Positions 1-9,679 of a DNA stretch of 62,133 bases are shown here, piece after piece (position 1 is the first letter of the stretch; each line of letters starts with the position of its first letter). The translations under genes were made by a program, and so were the position numbers. The notes beneath the pieces were generated by a model. It saw only the letters and a program-made list of their open reading frames with translations. It was not told the DNA's origin and did no database searches. The stretch comes from an uncultured Planctomycetaceae bacterium. GTDB taxonomy: Bacteria > Planctomycetota > Planctomycetia > Planctomycetales > Planctomycetaceae. The stretch covers positions 124,001 to 186,133 of the forward strand of contig CAXBME010000017.1 of NCBI GenBank assembly GCA_963976765.1, read 5' to 3'.

Positions 1-878
1 CCGTCCCGGATCAGATCGTTGCAGCCATCGCTGGCGAAACTGTCGATGCGACCGGGAATCGCCATCACCTCCCTGCCCTGCTCCATTGCGTGCCGCGCGG
101 TGTGAAGGGCTCCACTTTTTCGATTGGCTTCGATAATAATTACGCCGAGCGACAAGCCGCTGATGATTCGGTTGCGTTGCGGAAAGATCCCGGATGTCGG
201 CTGTTGATCGAGACGCGACTCGCAGACGACGGCTCCGTTTTTTGAAATCTGCTCGGCCAGCTCGACATGCTCGGGCGGATAAATGTGGTTAAGCCCGGTC
301 GCCGAAACGGCAATCGTTCGCCCGCCAGCCGCCAGGGCTCCGCGATGAGCCGCGGCATCGATTCCTCGTGCCAGACCGCTGACGACGGTGATCCCGGCCA
401 TGGCCAGAGCCCGTCCGAATTTCTCGGCCTGCTGAGTTCCGTACAACGTACAGCGGCGGGAGCCAACGATGCCGACGGCGAGATTGTCGTGAGGTTTCAG
501 TTCACCCCGACAGTACAGAATGAGCGGCGCGTCGCAGACTTCTGTCAGGTTCTCAGGATAGTCATCCGCGCCCATTCGCAGCAGTTGATAACCGTTCTGA
601 CGGCAGGTCCGTACTTCCGTTTCGGCGTGATCCGTTGTCCTTGCCGCATGAATCAGGCGGGCGATTTTCGGACCGACTCCGGAAACCCGTTCCAGTTCGG
701 TTAATGACGCCGCGAAGATGGATTCCGGATCGCCGAAGTAGTCCAGCAACGAACGCTGATGCCGGGGACCTATGCCCGGCACCAGGTTCAGCCGGATAGC
801 CGTGACCAGTCTGGAGTCAGATTCGAAAAAATCTTCGTCGTGAGAATCCAGCTCAGAATCGTCGTGAATGCCGTTCAA
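1..878 (-). CDS. dprA: DNA-processing protein DprA (3' end runs off the window)
   Basis: Not in the ORF track. Manual minus-strand translation from TTG at 878 gives ...GIVGSRRCTLYG...VVSGLARGIDAAAHRGAL...IFPQRNRIISGLS...IEANRKSGALHTARHAMEQGREVMAIPG, the typical DprA/Smf motifs, with an N-terminal HhH-like PGIGP. Confidence 0.93.
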   Translation of the reverse strand, partial: MNGIHDDSELDSHDEDFFESDSRLVTAIRLNLVPGIGPRHQRSLLDYFGDPESIFAASLTELERVSGVGPKIARLIHAARTTDHAETEVRTCRQNGYQLLRMGADDYPENLTEVCDAPLILYCRGELKPHDNLAVGIVGSRRCTLYGTQQAEKFGRALAMAGITVVSGLARGIDAAAHRGALAAGGRTIAVSATGLNHIYPPEHVELAEQISKNGAVVCESRLDQQPTSGIFPQRNRIISGLSLGVIIIEANRKSGALHTARHAMEQGREVMAIPGRIDSFASDGCNDLIRD

Positions 879-1218
879 GGTTGTCCGCCCGCCTCTGGAG
901 AAGTGAACCTTTGAATTCAAATTCTAACCACACAATGCTGATTCCGTCATTACATGCTGATTTCGGGTATGGCAGAACGACCTGGAACAAAATTGCAATT
1001 TCTGTCAATACGCATGACGGGTAAATCGATGAAAGCCGTATTGACCGTCTTTTCATTGTGAAATAGCATCGCGCGAATGCACAGGTCGGAACCAGTTGTT
1101 TCCAGGTGTGGCTGGGTACTTGCCGCTTCGGAAATCAGATGGTTCTTTCAATCAAATCTCTCCACATCCCTTCAAAACTGGAAGTCAGTTTGAGTCTGCT
1201 CGCAGGACGTGACGTCTC

Positions 1219-2142
1219 ATGAGACTTCGACAATCTGGCGCATCCTGGATTGTCCACGCCCCGGCAAAACTCAACCTGTTTCTTGAGGTTCTTGGCAAGC
1301 GGGCGGACGGTTTCCACGAGCTGGAAACACTCATGGTTTCGGTCAACCTGTTCGACACTCTCGTACTCAGACAGGAGTCTTCAACACAGATTTCACTACG
1401 TTGTCACTACTCGGGTTGTGTTTCACGAAAGGTTGCCGCTGACGATGCTTCGACATCGGATGGGGTTCCTGACGGGCAGGACAATCTGGCAGTGAAGGCC
1501 GCGGAGCTGCTGAAGAGAAAGACGGGTGTCGACAAAGGCGTCCATATCGAACTCTTCAAGCGGATTCCGGCCGAAGCGGGGTTGGCCGGAGGATCCAGTG
1601 ATGCCGCCGCCGTTCTTTTCGCTCTCAACCGGATATGGCAACTCAGGTTGAGTCGCGACGAGTTGCAAAGGTATGCATCCGAAATCGGAAGCGATGTCGC
1701 TTTCTTCCTCTCTGATTCTCCCGCTGCTCTCTGCCAGGGGCGAGGCGAGATCATTCGTCCGCTTCAGAAAGCTCCCCGTCTCCACTTCGTCATTGTCAAA
1801 CCGGACAGTGGACTTTCTACGGCTGACGTTTTTCGGAAATGTCAGCCCGAAACGAAGCCGCGAGGAGCGTCGAAACTTGCCGGGTACCTTCAACGTGGCG
1901 ACCTGACGAATGCGGGCCGCAGTTTGTTTAATTCACTCCAGGCTCCGGCAGAATCGCTGAACCCTGAGGTGGGAAGACTGATCGAAGAACTTGGCAGGCA
2001 CCCGTTTGTTGGGCACATGATGAGTGGTAGTGGATCTTCCTGTTTTGGTGTCTGTAGACACCGTGATGAGGCCAGGATGGCCGCAGCCCGGCTGAAGGCA
2101 CTACGCCTTGGTCGTGTCTTTGTGGGGGAAACCTCATTCTGA
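1219..2142 (+). CDS. ispE: 4-diphosphocytidyl-2-C-methyl-D-erythritol kinase
   Basis: [41 protein letters not shown] (GHMP kinase ATP loop), GSDV and MSGSGS motifs. Confidence 0.96.
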   Translation: MRLRQSGASWIVHAPAKLNLFLEVLGKRADGFHELETLMVSVNLFDTLVLRQESSTQISLRCHYSGCVSRKVAADDASTSDGVPDGQDNLAVKAAELLKRKTGVDKGVHIELFKRIPAEAGLAGGSSDAAAVLFALNRIWQLRLSRDELQRYASEIGSDVAFFLSDSPAALCQGRGEIIRPLQKAPRLHFVIVKPDSGLSTADVFRKCQPETKPRGASKLAGYLQRGDLTNAGRSLFNSLQAPAESLNPEVGRLIEELGRHPFVGHMMSGSGSSCFGVCRHRDEARMAAARLKALRLGRVFVGETSF

Positions 2143-2168
2143 CGCGGCATGTCTCAGGAGGGACATCT

Positions 2169-2861
2169 GTGGATATTTCAGAAGTCAGAATCAAGCTCAT
2201 GGACGATCCCAGTGATCGTCTGCAGGGGTTTTGTTCGATCACCTTTGACAAATGCTTTGTCGTTCGCGATCTGAAAATCATCCGAGGGACAAAGGGTTCA
2301 TTTGTGGCGATGCCCAGCCGCAAGCTGACTGATCGCTGCCCGAAATGTGGCACGAAGAACCAGCTTCGAGCCCGCTTCTGCAACGACTGCGGCGTCGAGC
2401 TTTACGAAGATCGAGCCATCAAAGACGACGACGGTCGAGCGAAGCTTTACGCCGACATCGCCCATCCGATTAACTCCGGCTGTCGTGACATGATCCAGCG
2501 GAAAGTGCTGGAAGCTTTTGAGAAAGAAATCGTCCTCGCTCAGCAGCCCGGATACCGATGCACCTACGATGACTACGGCGAAGACCGTGTTGCCGGCCTG
2601 AAGAATCCTCAGGAGTTCGACGATTCGGCAACAGACGCCTCAACAGCTTCTGACGAGCCAGCCAGATCGCTCGAAGCAGCACCGACCGCCGAAGGACGAA
2701 CCATCCGCATCGACGGCCCGGATGGCTCGCACAGACGCATCGAACCCGCACAGCCCGACGTCACCCGCCCTCACCACCTGGACGCTCCCAATCGAGCACC
2801 GTCGGTCATGTCCGATAGTGAATCCGCAGCGGAAGACGGCTTCGGAGCAGGCATTGAGTAG
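2169..2861 (+). CDS. spoVG: SpoVG family nucleic-acid-binding protein with inserted Zn ribbon and acidic disordered tail
   Basis: ISEVRIKL...CSITFD...VRDLKII...FVAMPSRK and YADIAHPIN; insert CPKC...CNDC; GTG start after AGGAGG. Confidence 0.9.
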   Translation: MDISEVRIKLMDDPSDRLQGFCSITFDKCFVVRDLKIIRGTKGSFVAMPSRKLTDRCPKCGTKNQLRARFCNDCGVELYEDRAIKDDDGRAKLYADIAHPINSGCRDMIQRKVLEAFEKEIVLAQQPGYRCTYDDYGEDRVAGLKNPQEFDDSATDASTASDEPARSLEAAPTAEGRTIRIDGPDGSHRRIEPAQPDVTRPHHLDAPNRAPSVMSDSESAAEDGFGAGIE

Positions 2862-2942
2862 CGAGTCTGTGATGTGAACTTTCGACATAGCTCGTCATCA
2901 GTCATGGCCACTCACTCGATTGGTTGAACAGGCAGAGATAGG

Positions 2943-3318
2943 GTGTCCGAAGCGTTCGAAATCATCTTAATTCGGACGTGGTGGCGGTACACGCCGGGTG
3001 GCGGTACACGCCGGGTGGCGGTACACGCCGGGTGACGGGCAATGGTTTGCGACGATTTACCACGGGTTCAATATCGCGGAAGGCTGTGCGTGGATCGTCT
3101 GTGCCGGCCTTGTACTTCGCCGATTTCTGATTCACCGAAAGTCAGCGGTTGAGACCTACTACGCGGTCCCGTTTCTGGCGTTTGCGGTCACCGATTTCGT
3201 CGAGGCGTGGGAGCAGTCGTTGTGGCTCATCTGGCTTAAGCTGTTGAACCTGATCGTCCTCTTTCAGCTTCGCCGGACGATCATGTCGCGATACTATCCC
3301 ACAGCAAAGCTGTATTGA
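2943..3318 (+). pseudogene. Small membrane protein gene frameshifted by a triplicated 17-bp unit (or assembly artefact)
   Basis: The frame from GTG 2943 (VSEAFEIILIRTWWRYTPG) joins the hydrophobic 2998..3318 ORF (DGQWFATIYHGFNIAEG..., about 3 TM segments) only with 1 or 4 repeat copies. With 3 copies it stops at TGA 3033-3035. Confidence 0.6.
2981..3031. repeat. Perfect tandem repeat, 3 x 17 bp GTGGCGGTACACGCCGG
   Basis: Read directly: 2981-2997, 2998-3014, 3015-3031. Confidence 0.97.
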
Positions 3319-3374
3319 TCGCCCCCTTGTGATAACTCGGTAACCTTACTTTTCAAACGCCTCGCGAGCTTCTC

Positions 3375-4397
3375 ATGAGCCGCCCTCGTAAATCGCGTGC
3401 TGCTGGGAGTGGTTCCGTCCCGTTTCTCGTTCTCGACGAAAACCGTCTGGCGTGGACGGCGGTCGACTCAGCCTGTCGCGATATAGATGTGGACGCGCTT
3501 CAACTTGAGGCGGCACTCATCTATGGACCGTCCGGTTGTGGGAAGTCTCATCTGTGCGATCTGCTTGTAAACGCTCACAAGGATGCGGCGAAGATCGTTC
3601 CGTCGTCGGAGTTCGTCGAGCAGGTTACTCGCAACTACAAAGTCGCGAACACTTTCGATCCGGCCAGTGAATACTCTCCGCTGAAGTTACTGATCCTCGA
3701 AGACGTTCAGCATCTTTGCCGGTATCAGTCAGCTCAACGAGTTTTTGCGACGCTGATGGACGAACTTCGTCGTGCTGAGACGTCGGTAATCTGCACCTCG
3801 AACCAGGCACCTGCGGAGCTTGGAGGACTGATCCCCCGACTCGCCAACCGCTTTCGAGGAGGGCTCTGCGTCGCCCTCCGAATGCCCGGTCCGGTTTCAC
3901 GAGTCAAACTGCTTAGCCACTTTTGCAGTCATCTTCAGATCGCCGTTCCTCTGCCAGTGATTCGACTGTTTGCTAACGAACTTTCCGTTTCACCACGTGA
4001 ATTGCTGGGGCTACTGCTGCGATTCGATGCCCTGGCCACTCAGCAGAAAACGATGCCCGATGCACGTCTGGCAAGAGCCTTCCTGACTCACGAAATTGCT
4101 CCGAATTCCGTCGAAATTGACGACATCGCCAAAGTTGTGGCCCGTCAGTTTGGGGTTCGGCTTTCCGACATGCGATCTCAGGCTCGCGATCACGCAGTGG
4201 CTGTGCCAAGACAATGCGCCATGTTCCTGTCCCGCGACCTGACCGGCGAACACTACGCCAGAATCGGGGAATACTTCGGCGGACGAAGTCACAGCACTGT
4301 TCTGCATGCCTGCAATCGAATCCGCCAGCAGCTCGAAAGCGATGCTGGCTTGAGGCAGCAACTCAAACGTGCTCAGCAGATGCTGCGGAGTGTGTAG
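3375..4397 (+). CDS. DnaA paralogue (AAA+ domain III and DNA-binding domain IV; domains I/II absent)
   Basis: Walker A GPSGCGKSH, Walker B LLILEDVQ, PRLANRF, sensor-II SPREL, and domain IV PRQCAMFLSR...IGEYFGGRSHSTVLHAC. Confidence 0.88.
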   Translation: MSRPRKSRAAGSGSVPFLVLDENRLAWTAVDSACRDIDVDALQLEAALIYGPSGCGKSHLCDLLVNAHKDAAKIVPSSEFVEQVTRNYKVANTFDPASEYSPLKLLILEDVQHLCRYQSAQRVFATLMDELRRAETSVICTSNQAPAELGGLIPRLANRFRGGLCVALRMPGPVSRVKLLSHFCSHLQIAVPLPVIRLFANELSVSPRELLGLLLRFDALATQQKTMPDARLARAFLTHEIAPNSVEIDDIAKVVARQFGVRLSDMRSQARDHAVAVPRQCAMFLSRDLTGEHYARIGEYFGGRSHSTVLHACNRIRQQLESDAGLRQQLKRAQQMLRSV

Positions 4398-4457
4398 CTG
4401 GGTAATCAATCCCGTTGAAACAGCTCGTGCCAGCTCAAGATTGATGTGAGAGCATCT

Positions 4458-4485
4458 TTGACGGCCCGAAAGTAATCCCTAAAAT
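4458..4485 (+). promoter_or_regulatory. Candidate sigma70-type promoter for the diadenylate cyclase gene
   Basis: TTGACG-N16-TAAAAT about 95 bp upstream of ATG 4580. Confidence 0.4.
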
Positions 4486-4579
4486 CGAATCACGCTGCTG
4501 TTTATGCAGTAGAATCTGTCTGATGTTGACGGACGGCAGGTCGACACTCAGTACAAAATCGTTGACGGACACATCCGCT

Positions 4580-5512
4580 ATGGCTCGCGCACAGCTCACT
4601 CGACACGAAACAGGTCTGATTGCCGCTGCGCGGACACTGGCGATTGAGGAAGGCGCCAGCGCTATCGTGATGCTGTCAGAGCGGTCGTATAATTTCAGCG
4701 AAATCCAGCAGGAACTCGGTGAGCTGCGGCTCGTCGTGGCATCGGATAAAGAAGAGGTGATTGAGACTGCCCGCAAGGACGACGTCAACCACGTGCCGTT
4801 GCTGGAAGAACCGGAAACGCGGCAGCTGCAGTTGATTTCTGCACTGTTGGAGGCGATCGCGGACGAGTTGATCAAGAGTGGCGACACGATCGTCACGCTG
4901 TACGCCGCCTATGAACGCGAAGTGCTTGATACCCTCAGCGTTATCGACATGTCGGAGCATCTCACCAAGCTGACGTCGCGGGATCTGCAGCGACTTGAAA
5001 CAACGGTTCCGCTTGAGACGCTGCGACTGGTCGTCAACCTGGCAGCCGAAATCGGCAAAGAAGGCCGTGAGGGTAAGGCTGTTGGTGCGCTCTTCGTTGT
5101 CGGTAATCACCGCAAAGTTCTGAAGCAGTCGCACGAGCAGATTCACGACCCGTTCCGAGGTTACAACAAGAAGGAACGCGAGCTTCGACTCGCCCGAGTC
5201 CGAGAGAGCGTCAAAGAACTTGCTCAGATCGACGGTGCTTTCGTGGTCTCAGCCGAAGGCCATGTCGAAGCCGCCGGGCGAATTCTTGATGCTCCAGCCG
5301 AAGGGCTGACCTTGTCCAAAGGTCTTGGAGCGAGGCATTGGGCTGCCGCAGCGATTTCGAAAACGACGGGCGCCATCGCGATTGCTGTTTCAGAGTCCAC
5401 TGGCACGGTCCGTATTTTCAAAGACGGTATCGTCGTGCTACGAATCGAACCAATCGAACGTGCCATGAAGTGGAGCGACCAGGAGCAGGACGGTGACATA
5501 ACGTCCGGCTAG
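4580..5512 (+). CDS. Diadenylate cyclase (DisA_N/DAC domain), DacZ-like architecture
   Basis: LAQIDGAFVV (DGA motif), GLGARHWAAAAIS, AIAVSESTG and EGREGKAVGALFVVG; soluble N-terminal alpha/beta domain with no TM segments. Start is ATG 4580 or 4523. Confidence 0.88.
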   Translation: MARAQLTRHETGLIAAARTLAIEEGASAIVMLSERSYNFSEIQQELGELRLVVASDKEEVIETARKDDVNHVPLLEEPETRQLQLISALLEAIADELIKSGDTIVTLYAAYEREVLDTLSVIDMSEHLTKLTSRDLQRLETTVPLETLRLVVNLAAEIGKEGREGKAVGALFVVGNHRKVLKQSHEQIHDPFRGYNKKERELRLARVRESVKELAQIDGAFVVSAEGHVEAAGRILDAPAEGLTLSKGLGARHWAAAAISKTTGAIAIAVSESTGTVRIFKDGIVVLRIEPIERAMKWSDQEQDGDITSG

Positions 5513-5690
5513 AGCACTTTCAGAATTCATTTTCAGTGTCCTGCAGGATGTCCACAAAGGAAACAATGGCTGTTTTTGGGGGCCAGTTCCTGCATAGAAA
5601 CTGTAAAGATGGTCGGATTTGATTTCGGCCAGGTGGACACGCCATTCCAAATCACAACCTTGACGTGGTCAGACGGCTGCTCAATCAGAG

Positions 5691-6161
5691 TCACCCGCCG
5701 AATGTGGATTGAAGGTCAGCAGCCCATGAATGCTCTTTGGTCGTCTCTGTAATCGAGTTCGGATCGACCCAGCCTTCATTCAGCCGCACGATTCCGTGAT
5801 TTCCGAAGATGGTTAACGCTGTTTGCGGCTTTGCTTCAGCGACAAGCGTGATCATCAATGTTCGACCGCGACGATCAGAGCCAAGAAGGTTCAATGTTCG
5901 CCCCGATTCCTGCCGCCGGAGTCGCCAGACGGGTTCTTCCAATTGCAATGCAAGATCTGCGAGCTCGACCGCAGCCGTTAAGACGGTTTGGAGAAAGCTC
6001 GCGAGCTCGCTGAATTCCCAGTGAAGCCGCACATTAACCGGTGTGCCGAGTTGCGATGTATCGAGAATCGTTCGGATAGAATTGCCGAGTTCGGAAACCG
6101 TCATGCGGCCTGCGATCGGGAAAATTGGTTGAACAGCTTCAGCGCTTGTTTCGAGACTCAT
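5691..6161 (-). CDS. Hypothetical protein resembling a stand-alone Gfo/Idh/MocA C-terminal domain
   Basis: LGTPVNVR... and LTIFGNHGIVRL pattern. Start moved to ATG 6161 to avoid overlap with the next gene. Confidence 0.5.
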   Translation of the reverse strand: MSLETSAEAVQPIFPIAGRMTVSELGNSIRTILDTSQLGTPVNVRLHWEFSELASFLQTVLTAAVELADLALQLEEPVWRLRRQESGRTLNLLGSDRRGRTLMITLVAEAKPQTALTIFGNHGIVRLNEGWVDPNSITETTKEHSWAADLQSTFGG

Positions 6162-6248
6162 TGGTTTACTCGTTAATGTTCCGCATGGCCAGCCGGCAAC
6201 CGCCGGCGAGATTGAGAAACCTGCATTGTCAGAATTTGAGGCTCCACA

Positions 6249-7259
6249 TTGTCTGCTGAAGACCTGCCACCATTCAATCCTCATCCGTTACTTCGAGGCG
6301 GGCACCGCCAGACGTTGTTTGCCTATTTCATTCGAGGTCAAGCAGCACGCTACTCGGCAATCTGTCATCGCGTCGACCTTCCGGACGGCGATGTTCTCAT
6401 GCTGCATGACGACTGCCCCAAAAACTGGGGACCGGGCAGCCCGTTCGTTGTGTTGATGCATGGTCTCGGCGGTTGTCACGGAAGTGCCTACATCCAGAGG
6501 ATTGCTCAGAAGTTAGTAACGTTTGGTGTTCGAACCTTTCGACTCGATCACCGTGGTGCAGGAGCCGGCGCAAAATTGTCAAAACATCCGTATCACGCAG
6601 GGCGGTCCGAGGATGTGCGGGAAGCTTTTCAGAAAGCGAGCCAACTGTGCCCCGGGTCGCTGGGAGCTCTCGCGGGTTTCTCGCTCAGTGGAAATATGCT
6701 GCTGAAAATGTTGGGCGAAAACGGCCGCATGGGATATTCACCTGAGTATCTGGCGTGTGCCGTCGCCGTGAATCCCCCCATCGATCTTGGGCTTTGCTCG
6801 GAAGCACTGCGACGACCTGACAACAGATTTTACGATCGGTATTTCACGAAGATGCTCGTCCCGCAGGTTCGAGAACGCATCGAAGCATTTCCCGATGCCC
6901 CCAGACCGGCTGATGGATGGGCACCCGAGACGCTGCGTGAATTCGATAAAACTTACACGTCGCTCGTGTCAGGTTTCTCGAGCCTTCAGGATTACTACGA
7001 CCAAAGCAGCGGTTCGCAGTTTGTTGAGTCGATCACAACGCCGACGTTCATCCTGACCGGTCGCGACGATCCGCTGATCCCCGCCAGCTCGTTCGAGCAG
7101 CTTCCCAGCGTTCCATCAGTCACGGTCCATATCGCCGAGCACGGCGGGCATCTCGGCTACGTTGCCGGCAAAACATCCGACCCTGACCGCCGCTGGATGG
7201 ACTGGCGAGTCATCGACTGGATGGCCAGATATCTTCGTTTTTCAACCAGCCATCTGTAG
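6249..7259 (+). CDS. YheT-family alpha/beta hydrolase
   Basis: GGHRQT, MHGLGG, HAGRSED, nucleophile GFSLSG, DDP and GGHLGY. Confidence 0.9.
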   Translation: MSAEDLPPFNPHPLLRGGHRQTLFAYFIRGQAARYSAICHRVDLPDGDVLMLHDDCPKNWGPGSPFVVLMHGLGGCHGSAYIQRIAQKLVTFGVRTFRLDHRGAGAGAKLSKHPYHAGRSEDVREAFQKASQLCPGSLGALAGFSLSGNMLLKMLGENGRMGYSPEYLACAVAVNPPIDLGLCSEALRRPDNRFYDRYFTKMLVPQVRERIEAFPDAPRPADGWAPETLREFDKTYTSLVSGFSSLQDYYDQSSGSQFVESITTPTFILTGRDDPLIPASSFEQLPSVPSVTVHIAEHGGHLGYVAGKTSDPDRRWMDWRVIDWMARYLRFSTSHL

Positions 7260-7350
7260 GGTGAGTGGCGCTCACGAAGCATAAATTTCTGTGGTGGGCA
7301 GTGCCCGCCCGGCAACTACCAGAACGTCCCTCGCTCACGCGTCGCGTTAC
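7256..7350. repeat. Cluster of degenerate REP-like palindromes between convergent yheT-like and glnS genes
   Basis: GTAGGGTGAGTGGCGCTCAC (7256-7275), inverted partner GGTGGGCAGTGCCCGCCCGGC (7293-7313), and CCCTCGCTCACGCGTCGCGTTAC (7328-7350). Confidence 0.55.
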
Positions 7351-7380
7351 TACGACCGCTACGCTTAACGCATAGTCGCT

Positions 7381-9111
7381 TTAATTGTTCTGCCTGGCCC
7401 AGGAATCCCGAAGCGTTGCGGTTCGATTGAAAGTCAGTTTTCCACGCGTTGAATCCTGATCGACGCAGAAATAGCCGTTACGTTCGAACTGAAATCCTGC
7501 TCCTGGTTCAGCGGCGGCCAGGGACGGTTCGAGCTTTGCATTGGAAAGGATTTCCAGCGAGTCCGGATTCAGGCCGTCTTTCCAGTCCTGACCTTCCGGT
7601 ACGTCATCCGGCGACTCGAGACTGAAAAGTCGGTCGTACAAACGCACCTCAGCATCGACCGCGTGCTTCGCACTGACCCAGTGGATTGTTCCCTTCACTT
7701 TGCGTCCGTCCGGAGCGTTGCCGCCTTTCGAATCTGGATCGTAGGTGCAACGAACTTCGACCACGTTGCCGTCGTCGTCTTTCACGACTCCGGTGCAGGT
7801 AACGAGGTAAGCGTATCTCAGACGCACTTCGCGACCGGGTGAAAGGCGGAAGTACTTGCGAGGCGCGTCTTCCAGAAAGTCATCCTGCTCGACGTAAAAC
7901 TCACGAGAGAATGGCACGATCCGCTTTCCGAAACTCTCGTCCGCCGGGTGGTTGGCGGCTTCGAGTTCGTCGACCTGGTCCTCAGGGTAATTTTCGATGA
8001 CGACTTTCAGTGGCCGCAGCACACCCATGACGCGAGGAGCCTTTGTGTTGAGATCGTCGCGAATGGCCTGTTCGAGCCACGAAAGATCGACAACACTGTT
8101 CATTCTCGCGATGCCGATACGGTCGCAGAAGGCGCGGATCGATTCCGGAGTGAATCCGCGTCGGCGCAGTCCGCAAATCGTCGGCATGCGAGGATCGTCC
8201 CAGCCACTGACCAGCTTGTTTTCGACCAGTTCGAGCAGCTTCCGTTTGCTCATGACGGTGTAATTCAGATTGAGCCTTGCAAACTCAATCTGCTGCGGGT
8301 GATGAAGGCCCAGTTTCTGGATAAACCAGTCGTAGAGCGCACGATGAGTTTCGAATTCAAGCGTGCAGATCGAGTGTGTAATTCCTTCGAGCGAGTCGCA
8401 CTGCCCGTGAGTCCAGTCGTACATCGGGTAGATACACCATTTGTCTCCGGTCCGATGATGGTGAGCGTGGCGAATTCGGTACAGCAGCGGATCCCGCATC
8501 AGCATGTTCGGGTGTGCCATATCGATCTTTGCGCGAAGCACATGAGCACCGTCTTCAAATTCGCCAGCCCGCATTCGACGGAAGAGGTCAAGGTTCTCGT
8601 CGACCGACCGAGTGCGATCCCGGCTGTCTTTTCCGGGTTCGTTGACCGTGCCTCGGTTGGCTCGCATTTCTTCAAGGTTCTGGCTGTCCACGTAAGCCAG
8701 TTCTTCCTGAATCAATCGCTCGGCAAACAAATACAATTCTTCAAAGCGGTCAGACGCGTAGTAGAGTCGGTCTTCCCAGTCGAAGCCGAGCCACTTGACG
8801 TCTGCCTGAATGGAATCGACGTACTCGACATCTTCCTTTGTCGGATTCGTATCGTCGAACCGCAGATTGCATTGGCCGCCGTAGCGTTTCGCCAGTCCGA
8901 AATTCAGGCAGATGGATTTGGCGTGTCCAATATGCAGATAACCGTTCGGCTCGGGCGGAAACCGAGTGTGAACCCGACCGTCATTCTTTCCGGCAGCTCG
9001 ATCTCGTTCGATAATCTGTTCGATAAAGTTCAGCGATCGTGAAGCTTCGCTGGCAGAGTTTGAATCGCCGCCTGAACTTTCACTGGAACCGCTCTTTGAC
9101 TGAGGCTCCAT
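7381..9111 (-). CDS. glnS: Glutamine--tRNA ligase
   Basis: [14 protein letters not shown] (HIGH), VMSKR (KMSKS), [17 protein letters not shown] and FQFERNGYF. Probable ATG at 9111. Confidence 0.97.
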   Translation of the reverse strand: MEPQSKSGSSESSGGDSNSASEASRSLNFIEQIIERDRAAGKNDGRVHTRFPPEPNGYLHIGHAKSICLNFGLAKRYGGQCNLRFDDTNPTKEDVEYVDSIQADVKWLGFDWEDRLYYASDRFEELYLFAERLIQEELAYVDSQNLEEMRANRGTVNEPGKDSRDRTRSVDENLDLFRRMRAGEFEDGAHVLRAKIDMAHPNMLMRDPLLYRIRHAHHHRTGDKWCIYPMYDWTHGQCDSLEGITHSICTLEFETHRALYDWFIQKLGLHHPQQIEFARLNLNYTVMSKRKLLELVENKLVSGWDDPRMPTICGLRRRGFTPESIRAFCDRIGIARMNSVVDLSWLEQAIRDDLNTKAPRVMGVLRPLKVVIENYPEDQVDELEAANHPADESFGKRIVPFSREFYVEQDDFLEDAPRKYFRLSPGREVRLRYAYLVTCTGVVKDDDGNVVEVRCTYDPDSKGGNAPDGRKVKGTIHWVSAKHAVDAEVRLYDRLFSLESPDDVPEGQDWKDGLNPDSLEILSNAKLEPSLAAAEPGAGFQFERNGYFCVDQDSTRGKLTFNRTATLRDSWARQNN

Positions 9112-9135
9112 ATTGTTTTGCTCCGTCTGCGCGCG

Positions 9136-9173
9136 AAAAGAAGCCGGGGTCACACATGCAACCCCAGCTTTCT
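9136..9173 (-). terminator. Terminator-like hairpin between the DUF6800-like gene and glnS
   Basis: Minus strand AGAAAGCTGGGGTTG...CCCCGGCTTCTTTT. Confidence 0.5.
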
Positions 9174-9248
9174 TAGTCTGGGTCTAATTTGTTTGAGCAC
9201 TCGCCGCAGCCTTACCAGCTACAAGAGTGCGCCGCCCGGCTGAAAGAA

Positions 9249-9425
9249 TCAGGCCTGTGCAGCATCCTCAAACGAGATAAACGGACTGAGTTTCCTCGCC
9301 TTGGCGAAGATTTCGTCCTTTTCATCCTGTGACTTGGCGGTGTCGAACTTAGCACGCAGCTTCTTAAGCTTGGCTCGTCGAGTGCGACGCCGGGCGATCT
9401 CTCGATCCCGTTCTACGCGTCCCAT
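9249..9425 (-). CDS. Small basic protein, DUF6800-like
   Basis: MGRVERDREIARRRTRRAKLKKLR...KARKLSPF; family recognised from memory. Confidence 0.7.
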   Translation of the reverse strand: MGRVERDREIARRRTRRAKLKKLRAKFDTAKSQDEKDEIFAKARKLSPFISFEDAAQA

Positions 9426-9679
9426 GTGCAAACCCTTACGGAATAAGACAGTTAACGCCCGTTTTAGGGGCAGATTTCAAATCAAGCGAGCCGCGAAGGC
9501 TAACAACCTGGTCGACCGCGGTCAACCAGCGTTTTTGTGGCGTCTGCCTCCAGAATTAAGATCAGAGCCTTAATCCTTTCGGTGACCAGGTGATTTACCG
9601 CTCCGCGTCGCCGGCAAGGCGTAAATTTGCCAGGAGCTGACTGAGCTGTTTTGTCTGATCGTCTTTCTGGCCCCCACGC

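Noticed and set aside
2981..3031. CRISPR array
   Set aside because: Direct tandem repeats with no spacers and no cas genes.
3319..4520. oriC next to the dnaA-like gene
   Set aside because: Only a weak TTGTGATAAC; no cluster of TTATCCACA boxes, no clear unwinding element and no dnaN.
7948..9042. 364-aa plus-strand ORF
   Set aside because: Antisense shadow of glnS with no motifs; typical of GC-rich codon bias.
9174..9248. T-box riboswitch upstream of glnS
   Set aside because: No GGTGGNACCGCG consensus, and the region is too short for stem I.
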